Under the pieces are notes generated by a model, which made no database searches, was not told where the DNA came from, and saw only the letters and a list, made by a program, of their open reading frames with translations. From Paragordius varius (taxonomy: Eukaryota > Animalia > Nematomorpha): a stretch of DNA of 64,000 nt. The stretch covers positions 11,966,001 to 12,030,000 of the forward strand of contig OZ176053.1 in assembly GCA_964247055.1 (NCBI GenBank), in the 5' to 3' direction. The position numbers and the translations under genes are program-made. Positions 11,870 to 26,300 of the stretch are shown piece by piece (position 1 is the stretch's first letter; each line of letters opens with the position of its first letter).

Positions 11870-14600
11870 TTTAAGCTCTATTCCAAAGATTATAAAATAA
11901 ACAAAAAAACCATAAGTCAATGTTATTCTCTGCGATTGAGAAATAGATGTATAACTTATTATCTGGATTGGTCAAATTTATATTTAATATGCACAGGTTA
12001 TGAACAGTAGTTAAGTACGGATTCTCCTTTGTTTAGCAGTCTCAAACCAAAACTACCATGGAAACCAGCATATTTTTTTCTCCTTGTTTGCCCACATGGC
12101 CATTTTTGTCACCGGCTATCACTATCTGGTCTTTTTTTATCCATACGCTATATCTCAAAAAGTGGATCCAGAATTATTTTTTAAATTGTCTGCGAGTCCT
12201 GGTTTTGGGGCATACACACATTGTATATCTATTATGGATAAACTATATACTAATCTAATTTGGATATGCGCTCATTTTGTCTCAGCACATCAAGAACTGC
12301 TAAACCAAGAAAAATCCGTACCTAAGTGCACATCATATTTCAATACTAAACCAGATCATAAGTTAGACATATCCTTAAAATGCAAAATCTTAAATTAATT
12401 ATTTTTTTTCAAAGGAGAAAAATGCAATGATACAAAATGTTACATTGCTGAAACCCAACACAGGCTAGTAGTATTTACCATTAGTCGAATCTAATTTCAC
12501 ACCAATAAGATACCAAAAACCGAAACTAAATATCAAAATGCTTCAATAAACCATATATGCCGACAAGTTAATGGAGGCTGTTAATATTTATTCAAATAAA
12601 AAGTTTTGCGGCTGATGACGTGGGTCAAATTTTGGATCTTTTTAAAATTCCTTACTCAAGAACACCAAATCCATTATAACAAAGAGCGCTAGGAATAAAA
12701 GTTAAATTGGTGGTAGAGCGATGACATCAAACCTCAAATTAAATACGAAACCGTGCCTCCCGATTGTGGAAAAACCCTACAAAGAGTAAGATAGATAGAA
12801 ATATTTGCAATTACGTAGCGAAATGTCAAAAACAATTAGCAAACCTTAACATGAAAACTATGAAAATTGCTGAGCCGTTAGAGAAGGATGCGAAATATAT
12901 AATCTTTAAACGAAAGAATAACAAATGAGTGTAAAGGATATTCCCAAAACAAAATACTTGAAAGATGGAAAAGATATTATTAAAACATATTATTCCGAGG
13001 TAATTGAAATTTAGAAAGACTATACGAAAGATCTTTGAAATACAACAAATCCATATGATATCTCCATAATCAACACTAGGAAAATTTAGAATCCTCGTTT
13101 GCTGACGTGGAATATGCTCTAAAAATGAAAAATAACAAATCAAGTGGACTTACACAATTTCTTCTGATATAAAAAAACTGCGAAAATCTGATTAGAATAC
13201 ATTACTAATCTTTTCAATTTAATAATACGATGCAAAGTCATACCGCCAGATTGGTATAGTAGTCAGCTAGAATGTTCTTCTCTTAGATCGATTTAAACCG
13301 CTTTAAAAATATTTGAAGTTGTATTTAAAAATAAATTAATAAACCGGGTATCATTATCATCTTCACTTGCCTTCCGTCCGAGTCCTTCAACCGCAAATAT
13401 TGTTTTAAACGATGACATAATATCTAACAATAAATTATATTATCTTTCCTTTTTCTTAAGAAAGCTTTGATCAAAACCCGAGCATTAATTCCATGGGCAT
13501 TAAAACTATAATTTGATGAGCAATTAATTCAAAAGCTATTGTGCTATATCAGAATTCCAAAACATTCGTCAGAACGATTTGGACGATTCCAAATCCTATT
13601 AAAGTATGATTCCATCAGGGATTAGCAGTCTTAAACCTCTTGCTGTTTCTTACAATAGACGCTATTACATGCGATATTTGGTTTATTCATACGAAATTTT
13701 GTATGCAGATGGTGTAGTGCTACCGCAACCTCATGGAAAAAATGTTTATACAATAGAAACAACCGTTGACCATATTTGGCAAAATTAATAAAAATAAAAA
13801 CAAATTTCTTGAAACGGGTGAGCCTCACATTGAAATTGAATACACATGCGGAGTTTGTGGACTAATGTTGGGTTCAATTCTCTGCTCTGCATGTTAAAAA
13901 TGGTGTCACACAAATCTACAAATATTACCGGCAAACTCTTTTAACAGTTTTATATCAAATGCGAAACATGTCATCAATCAGCGGCCCTACTAATTGAGAA
14001 TCTTGCCCTTGATAAATCACTAGTTGTAAACGAATTTTTACTTATCTGGGGGACAAAAGGACAACACGTCCTCAAACAATAGAGCAATTTATGCCAGAAT
14101 AAATTCCTGGGGAAAATATCATCACCTACATACTAAAATAAAGCACATGGCTGTGAAAACAAAAGGCTTAATTTATAAATGGGTATTACACCAGTTTTGA
14201 CATATGCCACAGAAACCATGGCTTTAATATAAACACAAGAGAAACGATTTTTCAGTGCAGAAAATTATATATTACGCCTGATGTCAACGCAACTAAACCC
14301 CACATATCTCAGTCAAATGCAAATGAGCCAATACACAAATTCATCCAATTCAAAAGAATTTTACGGTCACCCTGACCGTATGAATATGATAATCTTATCA
14401 GATCCTCATTCGACATCATCCGACCTGGAAATAATAACCCACGCCGTCCTAGTAATTGGGCGATTGATCTGGATTTCCAACAATTTAAACACCTAATAAC
14501 GGATTGTATTGATAAAGAACATTACAAAAAGCTGGATGGTTTATGATGGTGCCATCAAAACTGATTGTTCAACAAAAACAGCCTACCAGAACTTTTTTAA
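11870..14600 (+). mobile_element. Degenerate non-LTR retrotransposon (RTE-clade-like LINE): APE endonuclease remnant, RT and C-terminal domain
   Basis: Frameshifted fragments: SFADVEYALKMKNNKSSG...TNLFNLIIRCKVIPPDW (~13090-13255); QGLAVLNLLLFLTIDAITCD and ILYADGVVL (13615-13725; YADD decayed to YADG); CGVCG...ILCSAC.KWCH (13847-13915); FTYLGD; KTKGLIYK...LTYATETMAL; YGHPDRM...GNNNPRRPSNW. Many stops. Boundaries approximate. Confidence 0.82.
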
Positions 14601-15495
14601 TTAGAATTTCCATAATTTAGTGTAAATTTTACATAATTTCCTTATTGTTAAGACTGATACAATTTATTTTTAAAAATATAGGCCAGTTTTAACATATATA
14701 TATATATATATATATATACAATAGTATAGCAAAAATTAACTTAAAAATATCCCAACCTATAAAATCACAGTTTTAAAAATTCATTGAGTTTTATATTTAT
14801 TTGTCGTACCTTTAATGTTAATATATACAGTAGGTTTAACCGCTGTACTAGATGTTTAAAAAGTTTTAAACGGATTCATTAATTTTGAGATATTTTCTTA
14901 TATATAGTGTCATGCACAATTTTTTTTGCATCATCATTAATTTTAATTGGGTAAATAAACGGATCTCATTGACTCGTTATGCATTTAATCGTAAATTTAT
15001 ATAATTTAATATTTAAATCGTATTTTAATATAGACTATTATAAATAACATCGATTTTGACAAATGTAATAGAGAAATCATCCCTAAAATTTATTCATTAA
15101 TTATTATTTTTTTAAAAAAGGCTTTTACTTATAGTTATATATTTGACAAAAATAAGAGAAATAAATGTTTGGAAATTAATCATTCCTATGCAAAATATTA
15201 GAGAATAATATCATGTTAAATGCTGTTAATATACTAGAAAAAAAATTATTTAGTATTCTATCCCCGCGGTCTAAATTAAAAATCACATTTTCAACGTGCA
15301 GATCGGAAGTAAATACAATAGAGCCAAACGCATCTCAATTAATTATTAATAAGTGTCAAACAATTCTTGAACGCAAAAATTATTGATTAGGCTATTTAAA
15401 AGCTCCTTGAAAAACTCTCAGGAATTAAAGCTAAAAAGGCGCATTTTGACTTTAAATATCAAAAACTTGCGATTAAGCGGTAAAAGGTTTTAATC

Positions 15496-15535
<40 letters not shown>

Positions 15536-17599
15536 GTTTAGGCAATACATCGCGTTCAAATAAAGAAAAAATAAACACAATGTCCGCATATTTGCCTTTC
15601 TTGACTAATTATGAACCTAAAATCTTTCTAATAAATTAAAGTATTATTTTACTTTAATTAGTAAAGTATATATAACACTAGTCAACAAGGTTTTGCACCA
15701 CTCCATTATTTTTGCATTTTCTGATACCTAATGGCATGGAAAGGCCAAAACAAAAAAGAAAATTGAGGCCACCAATAGGATTTTTCCAAAATTTACTTTT
15801 TAAATTTGTATTTAATTCAAAAATAACAATCATTCCTCGTGTACATATGTTTAAAAATTCAAACAAGCAAGTCGATACAAGTAATATTCCATGCATGGAT
15901 AACAAATTCTAGGCATTAAATGAGATACTAAACAAGCTAAGAGCCAAAGTATTAAAAATCTAAAAGGGGCTTATGTATAGTGTGATAGATATGGGCGGCT
16001 GCACACGCTCTGCATATCCCCCAAGCGATCCTATAATTATGCCAGATATGGCAAAGATAACAATAAGTAATCGTAAAGTCCGATAAGGGAGACTTGCAAG
16101 CAAAATCTGGCAAATTGACATGTCCAATTAACCAATTTACAGAATAAAGTTAGATAAATTCTACAATTAAATTAAATATAAATTAGGTAAATACAAATGG
16201 TCCAACCCCATAACAGTAAATTCTAATAAAAATGGCTACACAACATCTATCTGAAATTCAAAATACAAAACAACCAATAATTTCAAAAAAATAAGGTATA
16301 TCCACTAGGTATAAATAAAGGATTTTTTATAAGAACCAACTCAAGAGAAAAAGTCTAATAAGTACTCGAAAGAACGAAATCTAACAAAAAAATATAGCCT
16401 ATCCGAAAGCCGAAGGTTTAAACCATAGAATGCCTTTTTTAGTATTTTTTTAAAAATTTTTTATATGTGTTAAAAAATCACTTGAAAAAAAAGACTAAAT
16501 TTTGACGTTTAAGTCCGTACTATTTTTTTCTCTCTGATATTTAAATGACATATTTATATTCAAAAGATAGAGTTTAAAACGCTTTATTAAATGATATTAA
16601 CTTTATAATATAATAACATTTTATTATAAAGTTATATTTAATTTTCTCTCGATTTTCTCTTGTTTTTGAAGAATTGAAAAACCTATAAAATTTCAAAACT
16701 CTGATTGGCGGGATCAAAAATTTTTTCAAATTCGGTTTAAAAACACTGAAATTAGTCATAATTTAAAAAGTTTGAGTGGTGGTGCTTAAAAATGTCCAAA
16801 TTTGTCGACTAGTGTAATTATATACAGAATAGTTTGTGTTACAGTGTAACAAAGTATAGCATTTTAATGAGCAAATTATTGAGTATCATCATAAAATTTC
16901 AAACAATTATTTAATCCGCTCAAAACTATTATTCATTGATATAAAATCATTCCACTTAGCAATTTTATAATAAAAAATTAATCTTTCAAGAAATTTTTTA
17001 AATATTTTAAATATTAATTGTTTGAATAAGTATATGGATATGCATGCGGTTTTTAAGTTTTATTTGTTTTGCAATTTAAATCCCATTTAAATTTAGCTTT
17101 AATGCTAGACCTTCAAAATCTAGCTAGGGATTAAAAAACAAAAAAATTGTTAAATTCATTTTAGTTTTCATTTAGAAATTATCAAATCATAATTTTCTAA
17201 TTCAGTTATACGCAACATCTGTAATTCTTGGAACATTAGATTATTTCTAACTGATAATGATTATATCTTATTAGGGAAAAAGATTAATAAAGATTTTTTA
17301 ATTTTATATTGTATTTGGGCTTGAAATTTTTTATATAAATAAATACCACGCAAAAAGTTATTTTTGTAAAAGGAAATTTTACCACCAAAAAGTACAAGTT
17401 CGACAGATGTATCATAACATTATCTAACCAATGATACCGCGCTTAAAAGCTTTTTACTGGTGAAAAATTACAAAATCCTTTCCAAATTCTATGGGATTAA
17501 TATTAATATTTAATTTCTGGCACCGTAATTATATATAAGTCAGTTCTCAAAGCAATTGCAACGCAATTTTATAACATTTCATATATTGAAATCTAGGAT

Positions 17600-17960
17600 T
17601 AAATAATCAAATTACCATACTAATGCATTAAAAAAATTTCCCATTTTATATTTGATAGGAAAAATCTGTAAATGAGATTTAAATATTCTGTTTTATAAAA
17701 GGCTGTATTATTTTTACCAGAATTTGTAATTTTACCAAATATAGATATTTTATTAGATAAATGGCCACAAACTGTTTCACGCACAATTAGTGGAGTAATG
17801 AATTTAAAGTTGATATACAGAATGCATTTTAATGATTGCTTATTCACACTTATATTAGGGCTATTCGCACAACACAGTATTGTATAGAAAAAGTAACAAA
17901 ATGTTGAATAAACAATTACTTTCTTTTTTCCATACAATAGTGTGAAATAAGCAACCAATA
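17600..17960 (-). mobile_element. Possible highly decayed LINE 3-prime fragment (CR1/L2-like)
   Basis: Minus-strand frames give ETVCGH...LVKLQILVKII and LNLIYRFF, loosely resembling the LINE post-RT region; weak. Confidence 0.3.
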
Positions 17961-18611
17961 AAATGCATTACTGTAAAAATTGAATATATACGGACAAAAT
18001 TTAACTTAAACACAAATGTTTTTTTAAACAGACCCATACTATTTTAAACTTTCGTAGATTTTCAGGACCTTATTTTTAGTAGATTTATAAACCATGTCTA
18101 ACTTTGATAACAGATATCAGGTTAAGGCTGACCTCGCTTTTTCTATAATCATACAATTTATTTTTTAGGTGTCCAAACCATCAAAGGCTATAAGCAGAAT
18201 ATGTTATAGATTTATTTTTTGCTTATTAATATTTTTCACATGATCAGTATTAATTGATTTGTGAGCATTTTTCTAACTCTCCTTAAGCAAAAAATAAGAA
18301 TTAGGATTTTAAAATAATTTATAAGGAATTTAAAAACTAATATAAAAATTAAGCTGTTTTAATTCTTTTGTAAAAAGGGCAAAAAATTGGTTCGATGTTA
18401 AAAAAATTACTTGCAGCGCATTTTAATCTACTCTACATCATTTAAAGGCCCAAAGAGCCCGATTCCATGCCTAAATACAAATCAAAAAACTTTTACTATG
18501 CCTGAAAATATTTAAGTATTTTCTCATAAAAAAATATTTTAATTTAATTAATTCTTGAAAATGGTAAGAAAAAAAATAATATATGCAGCAGTGAATAACC
18601 TTAGCCTAAAT

Positions 18612-18817
18612 CAGTGTCCAACTCAAATGGTTTCGCGGGCCGCCTTTGAAATATATATGTTATAATTATTTGATTAGATTTCAAACATAATACTGTATCC
18701 TCAATTAAATAATTTTTCTAGTTCGTTGCCAATTACATAGTATTATTCAAATTATTGGTTAAGGTTATTAATTTTCTGTCCCATAATGTCTCGCAGGGTC
18801 GCTGGTTAGAAACCCTG
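18612..18817. mobile_element. Buster-type hAT MITE (~206 bp)
   Basis: Imperfect TIRs CAGTGTCCAAC / GTTAGAAACCCTG, subterminal CGCGGGCCGC, 8-bp TSD GCCTAAAT / GCTTAAAT (7 of 8 match, central TA). Confidence 0.75.
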
Positions 18818-20004
18818 GCTTAAATTATGACCCAATATTTTTCATTTCAATATTATACTAAAATCATATATTTGAATCATTAAATATAATAAATTACCAA
18901 AGATTTTGAGTTAACATAAACTCTACAAACATACAAAAGTCAAAATTCTCATAAAATTTTTTAATTGATTGATTTTAGTACAAAAAAATGTTTAACATTA
19001 TCTCCACAATGAACAACAAATGGTCTAAAATACTGACTTACATTTTTTCCTCGTTTTTACGTTTTCTTTCCCAATCTTTAAATTATTTTTATTAATATAG
19101 CAATTATCAGTTACATTTAAATTTTAGGTTAAAATATTATGGTGTGGGTCAATTTAATTTAATCCACATAAAAAATGACCTAACTTTTTAATGATGCTGG
19201 GAAAATTTTAGCAAAGCAGGATTCTCCAAAAACTTATTTTATAAAATTTTGTTTATCTTGTTAAATTCCATTTATGCTCAACATAGTTACACAACAGAAA
19301 TTTACCTACAGGATTAATGATAATACATTATATTAAAAAATATTTAACCAAATTATTTGTAATGCAAAATTTCATTTCTTCTCGTGCTAGAAATAAGATT
19401 TCAGAGATAAATGAACGCATTATTTATTGCAAATAATTTTTTAATATATGAAATTTTTTTTTAAAAAAAATATGTTAAAATTTTATTTTTCATACAATTA
19501 ATAATAATAATTACAGATTGTAAATTATGATGGTGTAATAATGCAATAATATTTATTTTTGTTTGCAGATATATAAAACATCTTTCCAAGTTATTTTTAG
19601 GGAACCAAATAGGCATTATATAACTTCCATTCATCCCTTCCTTTTTTTACTAAAAACCAACAAAACTAAACTAAAGTTTATCCTATTTTGATGTTTTTGC
19701 TTTAACAATTTTTTTGTTTTTAGGAGTTGATTTAAACACTACACTTTCAAAATTATTTTACCTTAATTTATGTGCCCATAAAAATTAACACCCCATTAAC
19801 TTTTTTTGAATGATACCTCCTTTTTGTTAAAAGTCAAGATAACTATTTTGCCCTTAAAATTTAAATTGATTATCTGCATTAAAACTAAACATCTATTATT
19901 ATAAATAATAATGGGTACAAATTATCCTGTACTTACCACCATATAACTTCTAATTTATTGCATAATAGCATAAATATCTATAATAATATATAATTGGCTG
20001 CTAA

Positions 20005-20295
20005 ATGAAATCATCGCAATTTATCATATTCCTACTTTTATTTTCACATATATGTTTGTTACCCTTTGTACAAGGCCTCTGGCCATTGGAATCCTTTAAA
20101 CAGGCCATTTCCAAAACCTTTCAGCAATTACTGGGACCTAGCAAAATCATTTCGTCTTCGGGGCCAAACAAAGCACCAGGTTTGAAATTTTATTTTTTGA
20201 TCAATTAAGACACATTTAGGTATCTGATCTGATAATTTAAATTTGTTTACCTATGTGGAAATACATATTTGTTTCCCTATTTATACATATATATA

Positions 20296-20333
<38 letters not shown>

Positions 20334-23300
20334 ATTCATCTACTTTAGATAGGTTACAGTTAAACAAGTTACATTGTCGTGATGCCGAAGGACCGGAAAA
20401 CGAGAAATTATCTGTCCATATAAAACAACTCAACCATATATTCAATTCGCAAAAGGGTGTAACGATCCGAATCTATCTTACACCTCACTTAGCCAATGAC
20501 AGCAGTTCAAACTCAGTACCTTACAAGGGTTCTTTGTTTGAATATCAGGTTTCTGCCATCCAAAAACAACGATTGATTTATGATTCGTTGAGTGGAACCT
20601 TTGTCGACATAGATGGAAACACTAAGGAGGGAACATCTCAAATACCAGTATTTGGTTTGGAATTCGTGGAAAACGAGGATAAAACATCTAAAAATCAAAT
20701 ACTTAAAATGTATTTTACTTTCCATAACAATGATGGCAACGATCCCTCAACCGAATTCAATGACACCTCGGGGCAGAATGAGGAGGAATCACTGTATAAC
20801 AAACACCCATTCACAACTGAAATCATGTATATGACATTACCTAGGTAACGAAATTTTTATTACAATATTTTTGAAATTGGATGTTATAATTGCTTACGTA
20901 GTCCTACAAACAGTTGTCGGGAATTTAACGCATAAATATTTTTTATTAATACATTTTAATAAATAATAAAGTTTATAAATGGCTTATTTTATCACTATAA
21001 ATATTTTAATTATAAAGGATTCCACATAATTTTTAACAAAGCAATATTTTTGGCATTTTTATTAGAAATAACTTGTCAAAATTCTTTTTCAACCATTTAT
21101 CCAAATGTTTAATAATCTACTTAGAAACAATATAAAATTTTTCGATAGATTTGAAATTATTATTATTAATAAAACTGGGCTTGTATTCAGAGAACCTTAG
21201 CGACATTTTTATATGAAATAACATCAATATAAAGTGAAAATATTAACTCCTTCCCAAAGTGCTTTAGAGAGTACAGTCAGAAACTATCATGAAATTTTTT
21301 ATTTTCATAGTTTTTTATTAAAATAGGATTATATACCAATCAATAGTAACCGTTTATAATTAAAATTTAACCATTGAAATATAACCCATTTGAAAGACCA
21401 AAAAATTTACAGAAAAATTGAGATTATACGGACAAAACTTTAAGACTGACAATATTGTTTCAAAAAAAGACTATATTTTGAATTTTTAGTATCTAAATAA
21501 CTCTTGGATTAAAAATATCAGGGCTTGGAACCCGAGCATAAATTTGGAACTGGTTTCAAAACAGTTCTAAAAATTTTAACTGGTTCCGGTTCTTTACATT
21601 TTTTCTGTTCACTAGAACCGGTTACTTAAAAAGTGGAACCTGTTCTAAAAAGGTTCTTAAAATTTCAAAACTTTTTTGGATCCGGTTCTCTCATTATTTT
21701 TCGGTTATTGAACCGGTTGTATATAGAATAGAACCGGTTCTTAAACTGGTTCGATCATATATTAAAATATCTGTAATTATTCCAAAAATATACATATGTA
21801 AGCACCTAATTTAATTAGAAAATATAATCAAAAACATATTTGCTCTAATCTTAGATCATCATTGTCAAAAAGAGTCTAAATCATAATTTAAAATTGAATA
21901 AAAATATGTGAGATACGATTATTGAACCTTTGTAGATACACTAATAAGTAAATATATAAATACTTAATATACACTTATCCAATTATTTTAAAGTTGCACA
22001 TGATCTTTCTACACTCACCTATTGGTAGGTAATATTATACTTGTGATGCTGGTATTCCCATAGTTATTTTGACTACAATTCGCGATTTTTAAACTTTAAA
22101 TCTTTCCGCACAAAAATTTGTGGAGTTGGTTACAAATGCAGTTTTACCAAAATCAATTATTATATCCTTGATGACTTTGTTATTGTCTAAGTGTTTATTT
22201 TTTATCAATAAATAAAATTCATAATTATTGCCCACTTCTATTGTTATGACTTACTTTTCGAAGTAATACATCTATGAAAAGCCAATAAGTTATTTCTTGC
22301 AGTGCATTTTTCTTCGTATGAAAGTTCGTCTTTAAAACGAGAATCCAAATACACAGAAAAGTATTTAATTTTTAAGATTTTGATGCACTCACTCTATTAG
22401 GCAAATATTCCATTATACAACTATTATTCAACTGATCTAAATCAAACAATAACCTCTTCCAGATATCAAATTATCTGAAAGGGTAATTTAATCGATGTAT
22501 TTTAAATACTCAGTTAAAGTGTAACAAAACTTAAAGCTTTGCCATAAAAAGTGTAAAAACTTGGACCCTAATATGAAACTGGTTCTAAAAAGGAAATTTT
22601 AACTGGCTCTGGTGTTCAATTAATTTTTTTCGGCCAAAACCGGTTTTAAAAAAATTGGAACATGTTTAAAACGGTTTTTAACACTGTTTCAGTTCTAATT
22701 CGCATTGTGGAACAACGATTCTGGTTCCAAGCCCTGAAAATATTAAAATATATTTAAATCATCCAAATTGTAATTAAATTTTAAATAAGTATGGTTGCCT
22801 TTTCTATATTTGTTTTTTAGTTTTTACATTTTGTCATATTAGTCAAATTTAACTGTAAGCTTCTATTAAATTATATAGATGGCTAATTTGTTATGAATGA
22901 CTATTTTATATAAAAACAATAAAATTAACACTGTATAAAAAAATTAAATGCTTGATGTTCGCAAGATAGAAAATCTTTAACCGGTTTTTTTTATCCCACA
23001 AAAAATAAAATTAATATCATTTCAACATTAATATTAACTATTAAAGAGTGAACGTTTCGGAGACTACTAATGTGATGTCTCTCGTCAGCGAAATTTTTAT
23101 TATAATACAAATTCAGAAAACAATATTCTACTTCAAGAAAACAAAAATGATTACTTAAGTCTAGCTTCAAAAGTTTAATAAAAATAAATTTAAATAATAC
23201 CAATACTATTAGAATATTTGAATGGTCTAAATAACATTAAAAATATATATAGGGATTGGGTTTGGGAGGTGTAATTTATTTTGAAATCACGACATGTGTA

Positions 23301-26300
23301 AATATGCAAAATTTATCCACAAATATTGTTAAAATTGGTTAAAACCAGTTTTCGTACCATCTAAATATATTTGAAATGGCAAACATTCGACTGACATTGC
23401 TAGTAATGATTTCGTTCCTTAATAATTAAAATGATTATTTTTATAGGTCAAAAACCTATACCAATTATAAAATTGTTTATAATTTTTATCTTAACACTCC
23501 GTGACCTTTTAGGGTAGTTTTATATCCCAGAGCGATTTGAAATATAAGTGTATTAAAAACTACTTAAGACATTAAGCCAAATTTTAAATATGCTTTCTTT
23601 AGCCTTTAAGGTACATTAAACAAAAAAACCTTTTTAATGTAAAATTGTAAAAAAACCCTCATATCAAACCGCCATTTTTTTATAATTTTTTGAAATCCCT
23701 AATGCAACAGACAAATAAATTATGGTTAGTAAATGTAATAATTAACTTTTACAAGCTTTCTATATTTTATCAGCAAAAACCTGATATATTTTGATTTTAA
23801 TATCTTGTGTTCGTTTCAAATGTTTTTGAGCTGTCCCATTATTAAGAAGTCACAAAACTGTAAAAAATTTAAGCTTTTGATTTAATACATGAGAACAATG
23901 TTTGATTATCAAATTTTAATTAAATAACTATCAAAACTGTAGTTTATTTATAAAATTGAACTCTAGAATATAAAACTACCCCAATTAGGACAAAAATGAA
24001 AAGGTAATGAATTGCTAATATCTAAAAATAAACGCTCAAATATTTATATTTCATATATTTATCATGATAGCAATTTGTTTAAGAAACCCAAAAATTTCCC
24101 TGTTATACAAACGCCAGAACCATATTTCAAAAATTCTGTTTTCTGCCACTCTTCCTCTGCCATTGCCGAAAAAGACACCGAAGAAATATCTGATACGAAA
24201 GCAACAAGACGCCTACATCATTTTATGGATGAAATCAAAGTTAACGTATATTGGATGAGGGATGCGAATAAAGCAAATTCATTACATGTTACAAGTTATG
24301 TGAATTGTGCATTTGCTGATGAGTTGGAATTTGTTCCGGTTGATATGGAGGTTGTTGATTTACGAAATAATAACGATCTTACTAAACAACAACTCACAAA
24401 CAATAACATTAGTAAAGTATCAACTGAATCTCCGTTTTGGGTTAACTTTGGACTTAATGATTCACGCATTTACGTTGGTCAAAAAAATCTTCAAATATAT
24501 GACGTATCTGGGAAAGCCGAAAATATCACGCAATATTTCAATGTATAATCTTATTTTTTACCATGTCTCTAAATTTTTAAAAGGTAAAATTACATATAAT
24601 TTATTAAATAAAATGCATTATCTCATCTAATAAAGGGAATAATACAAAATTTGTGGATTGGGCCATACGACAAAGTTTTGGATGAACAATGTGATAATAC
24701 GACCTCCAATGATTTGTTAAACATGCACAATCGAGTTAAAAGAGTATATTTAATTATTTCTTTAATAAACTCTGATATATACTATTTATTAACAAAAGGG
24801 TTCATTTGATTTCTTAACCTAATCGTATTTAATTTATTTGCATCTTGAAATTAAAACTTTAGACAATTTTTCCTGAAAGTCAAGTTCATATCGGTTAAGT
24901 TAACCCATTTTCCTAGCATTTGCTTTGTGAGGCGTTTCATTCATTTTTTAATTTAAATTTGGTGCTATTTTAAAAAATTATGGTTGGCCAAGAATTTATT
25001 ATTATATTTAATATTTTTACAGCAAGAAACAACTAGCACTTCTACTACGGACATAACCACAACCACAGAATTCGAAACAACTGAATCTGGTATATTTTTA
25101 CTCTTAACTATAAAAATCTGTATAGTATATCAGCATATTGGCGGGCTTTCAAAACGCCATCGTTAATCATTTTATTTTTTGCGTCTATATTAAAATGTAA
25201 TATGGATTTGTTTATAGTATGCCATTTTACACTTCATGTTTGACTGTATAATTATATTGAAACTTCTTTATATAGTTATTTTTGAATTAGGTAATATATT
25301 AATTTTGCCAATTTAATTACAATAATAATATTAATAATAAAAACTTTATTTTAAAGAACATTCGTTAAATGCCAAATCCGCTCCACCCATGATATCCGTT
25401 GAATCTGCCTTAATCGGATGTATAATTTGTCTTTTGTACTAATGAACTTGTCTATTTTGTTTTAACACAATTGATATATTATAATATATATAAATATATA
25501 TAAATTATTTTGAATGATATATAGACTAAAATAGAGTTAATTTTTAAGTTTTGCATAAGGTTGGGTTTTGACCCGTTCAAAAATAATCGGTCTGACTTGC
25601 AAATGCATTCAATTACGGTTTTAACCAGAAATGATATAATAACAAAAAATGAAATTAGTCATTCATCTCATGAGTTTAATACTGATATTTAATATAATTA
25701 ATACCCATACGTTTAAAAATATGTTATTTATAACTCTGAACATATGTTCAAAAAATTTTATCTGCTTTTTATAAGTACTGACACGGCCAATGATACATTT
25801 TATAGGTTAAAACTACCCTAATTAGCATCAAAATTTTAAAGGATTTACGATAGTTTTTGGAATTAAATAAGTGTCAGTTTAGTTTATTTGATGAGAATTT
25901 TTAGGATCTTAATAATTCTATGTTGAAAAAAAGTTATAATATTTTTACTAATTTATAGATTCGACGTATTCTACTTTAGAGGGTGAAACAACACCATCGA
26001 AAAAGACAAAGAAAACCAAAAAAACTACGCCCACAACCAAATCGACTTCTCCGGGTATACTATTATAATTGTTTTATACATAAAAATTATCCTTTATAGA
26101 GTATTGATTTCATTTATTCTTGAGAGTATTATTATAAATAGGGAAAAATTAATATAATTATGAATTAGGGTAAATTTAAATTGATGCCTAATAAGCGGGT
26201 GTTCTTATATATATTGTAAATTTTATGATGCGTCGTAACCTGAACTTTAAATTTTGAATGATTAATATTTTTACAATGTTAGTTAATTAATATATAAATT

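Noticed and set aside
15670-16450. Hydrophobic minus-strand ORF pieces suggesting a membrane protein; PHD-like CDRYGRLHTLC on the plus strand
   Set aside because: No consistent spliced frame or recognisable family; more likely a decayed retroelement, too weak to call.
20243-20348. N-terminal part of the 201-aa ORF (YIYIY run)
   Set aside because: Intronic (TA)n read-through; the coding exon begins at 20349.
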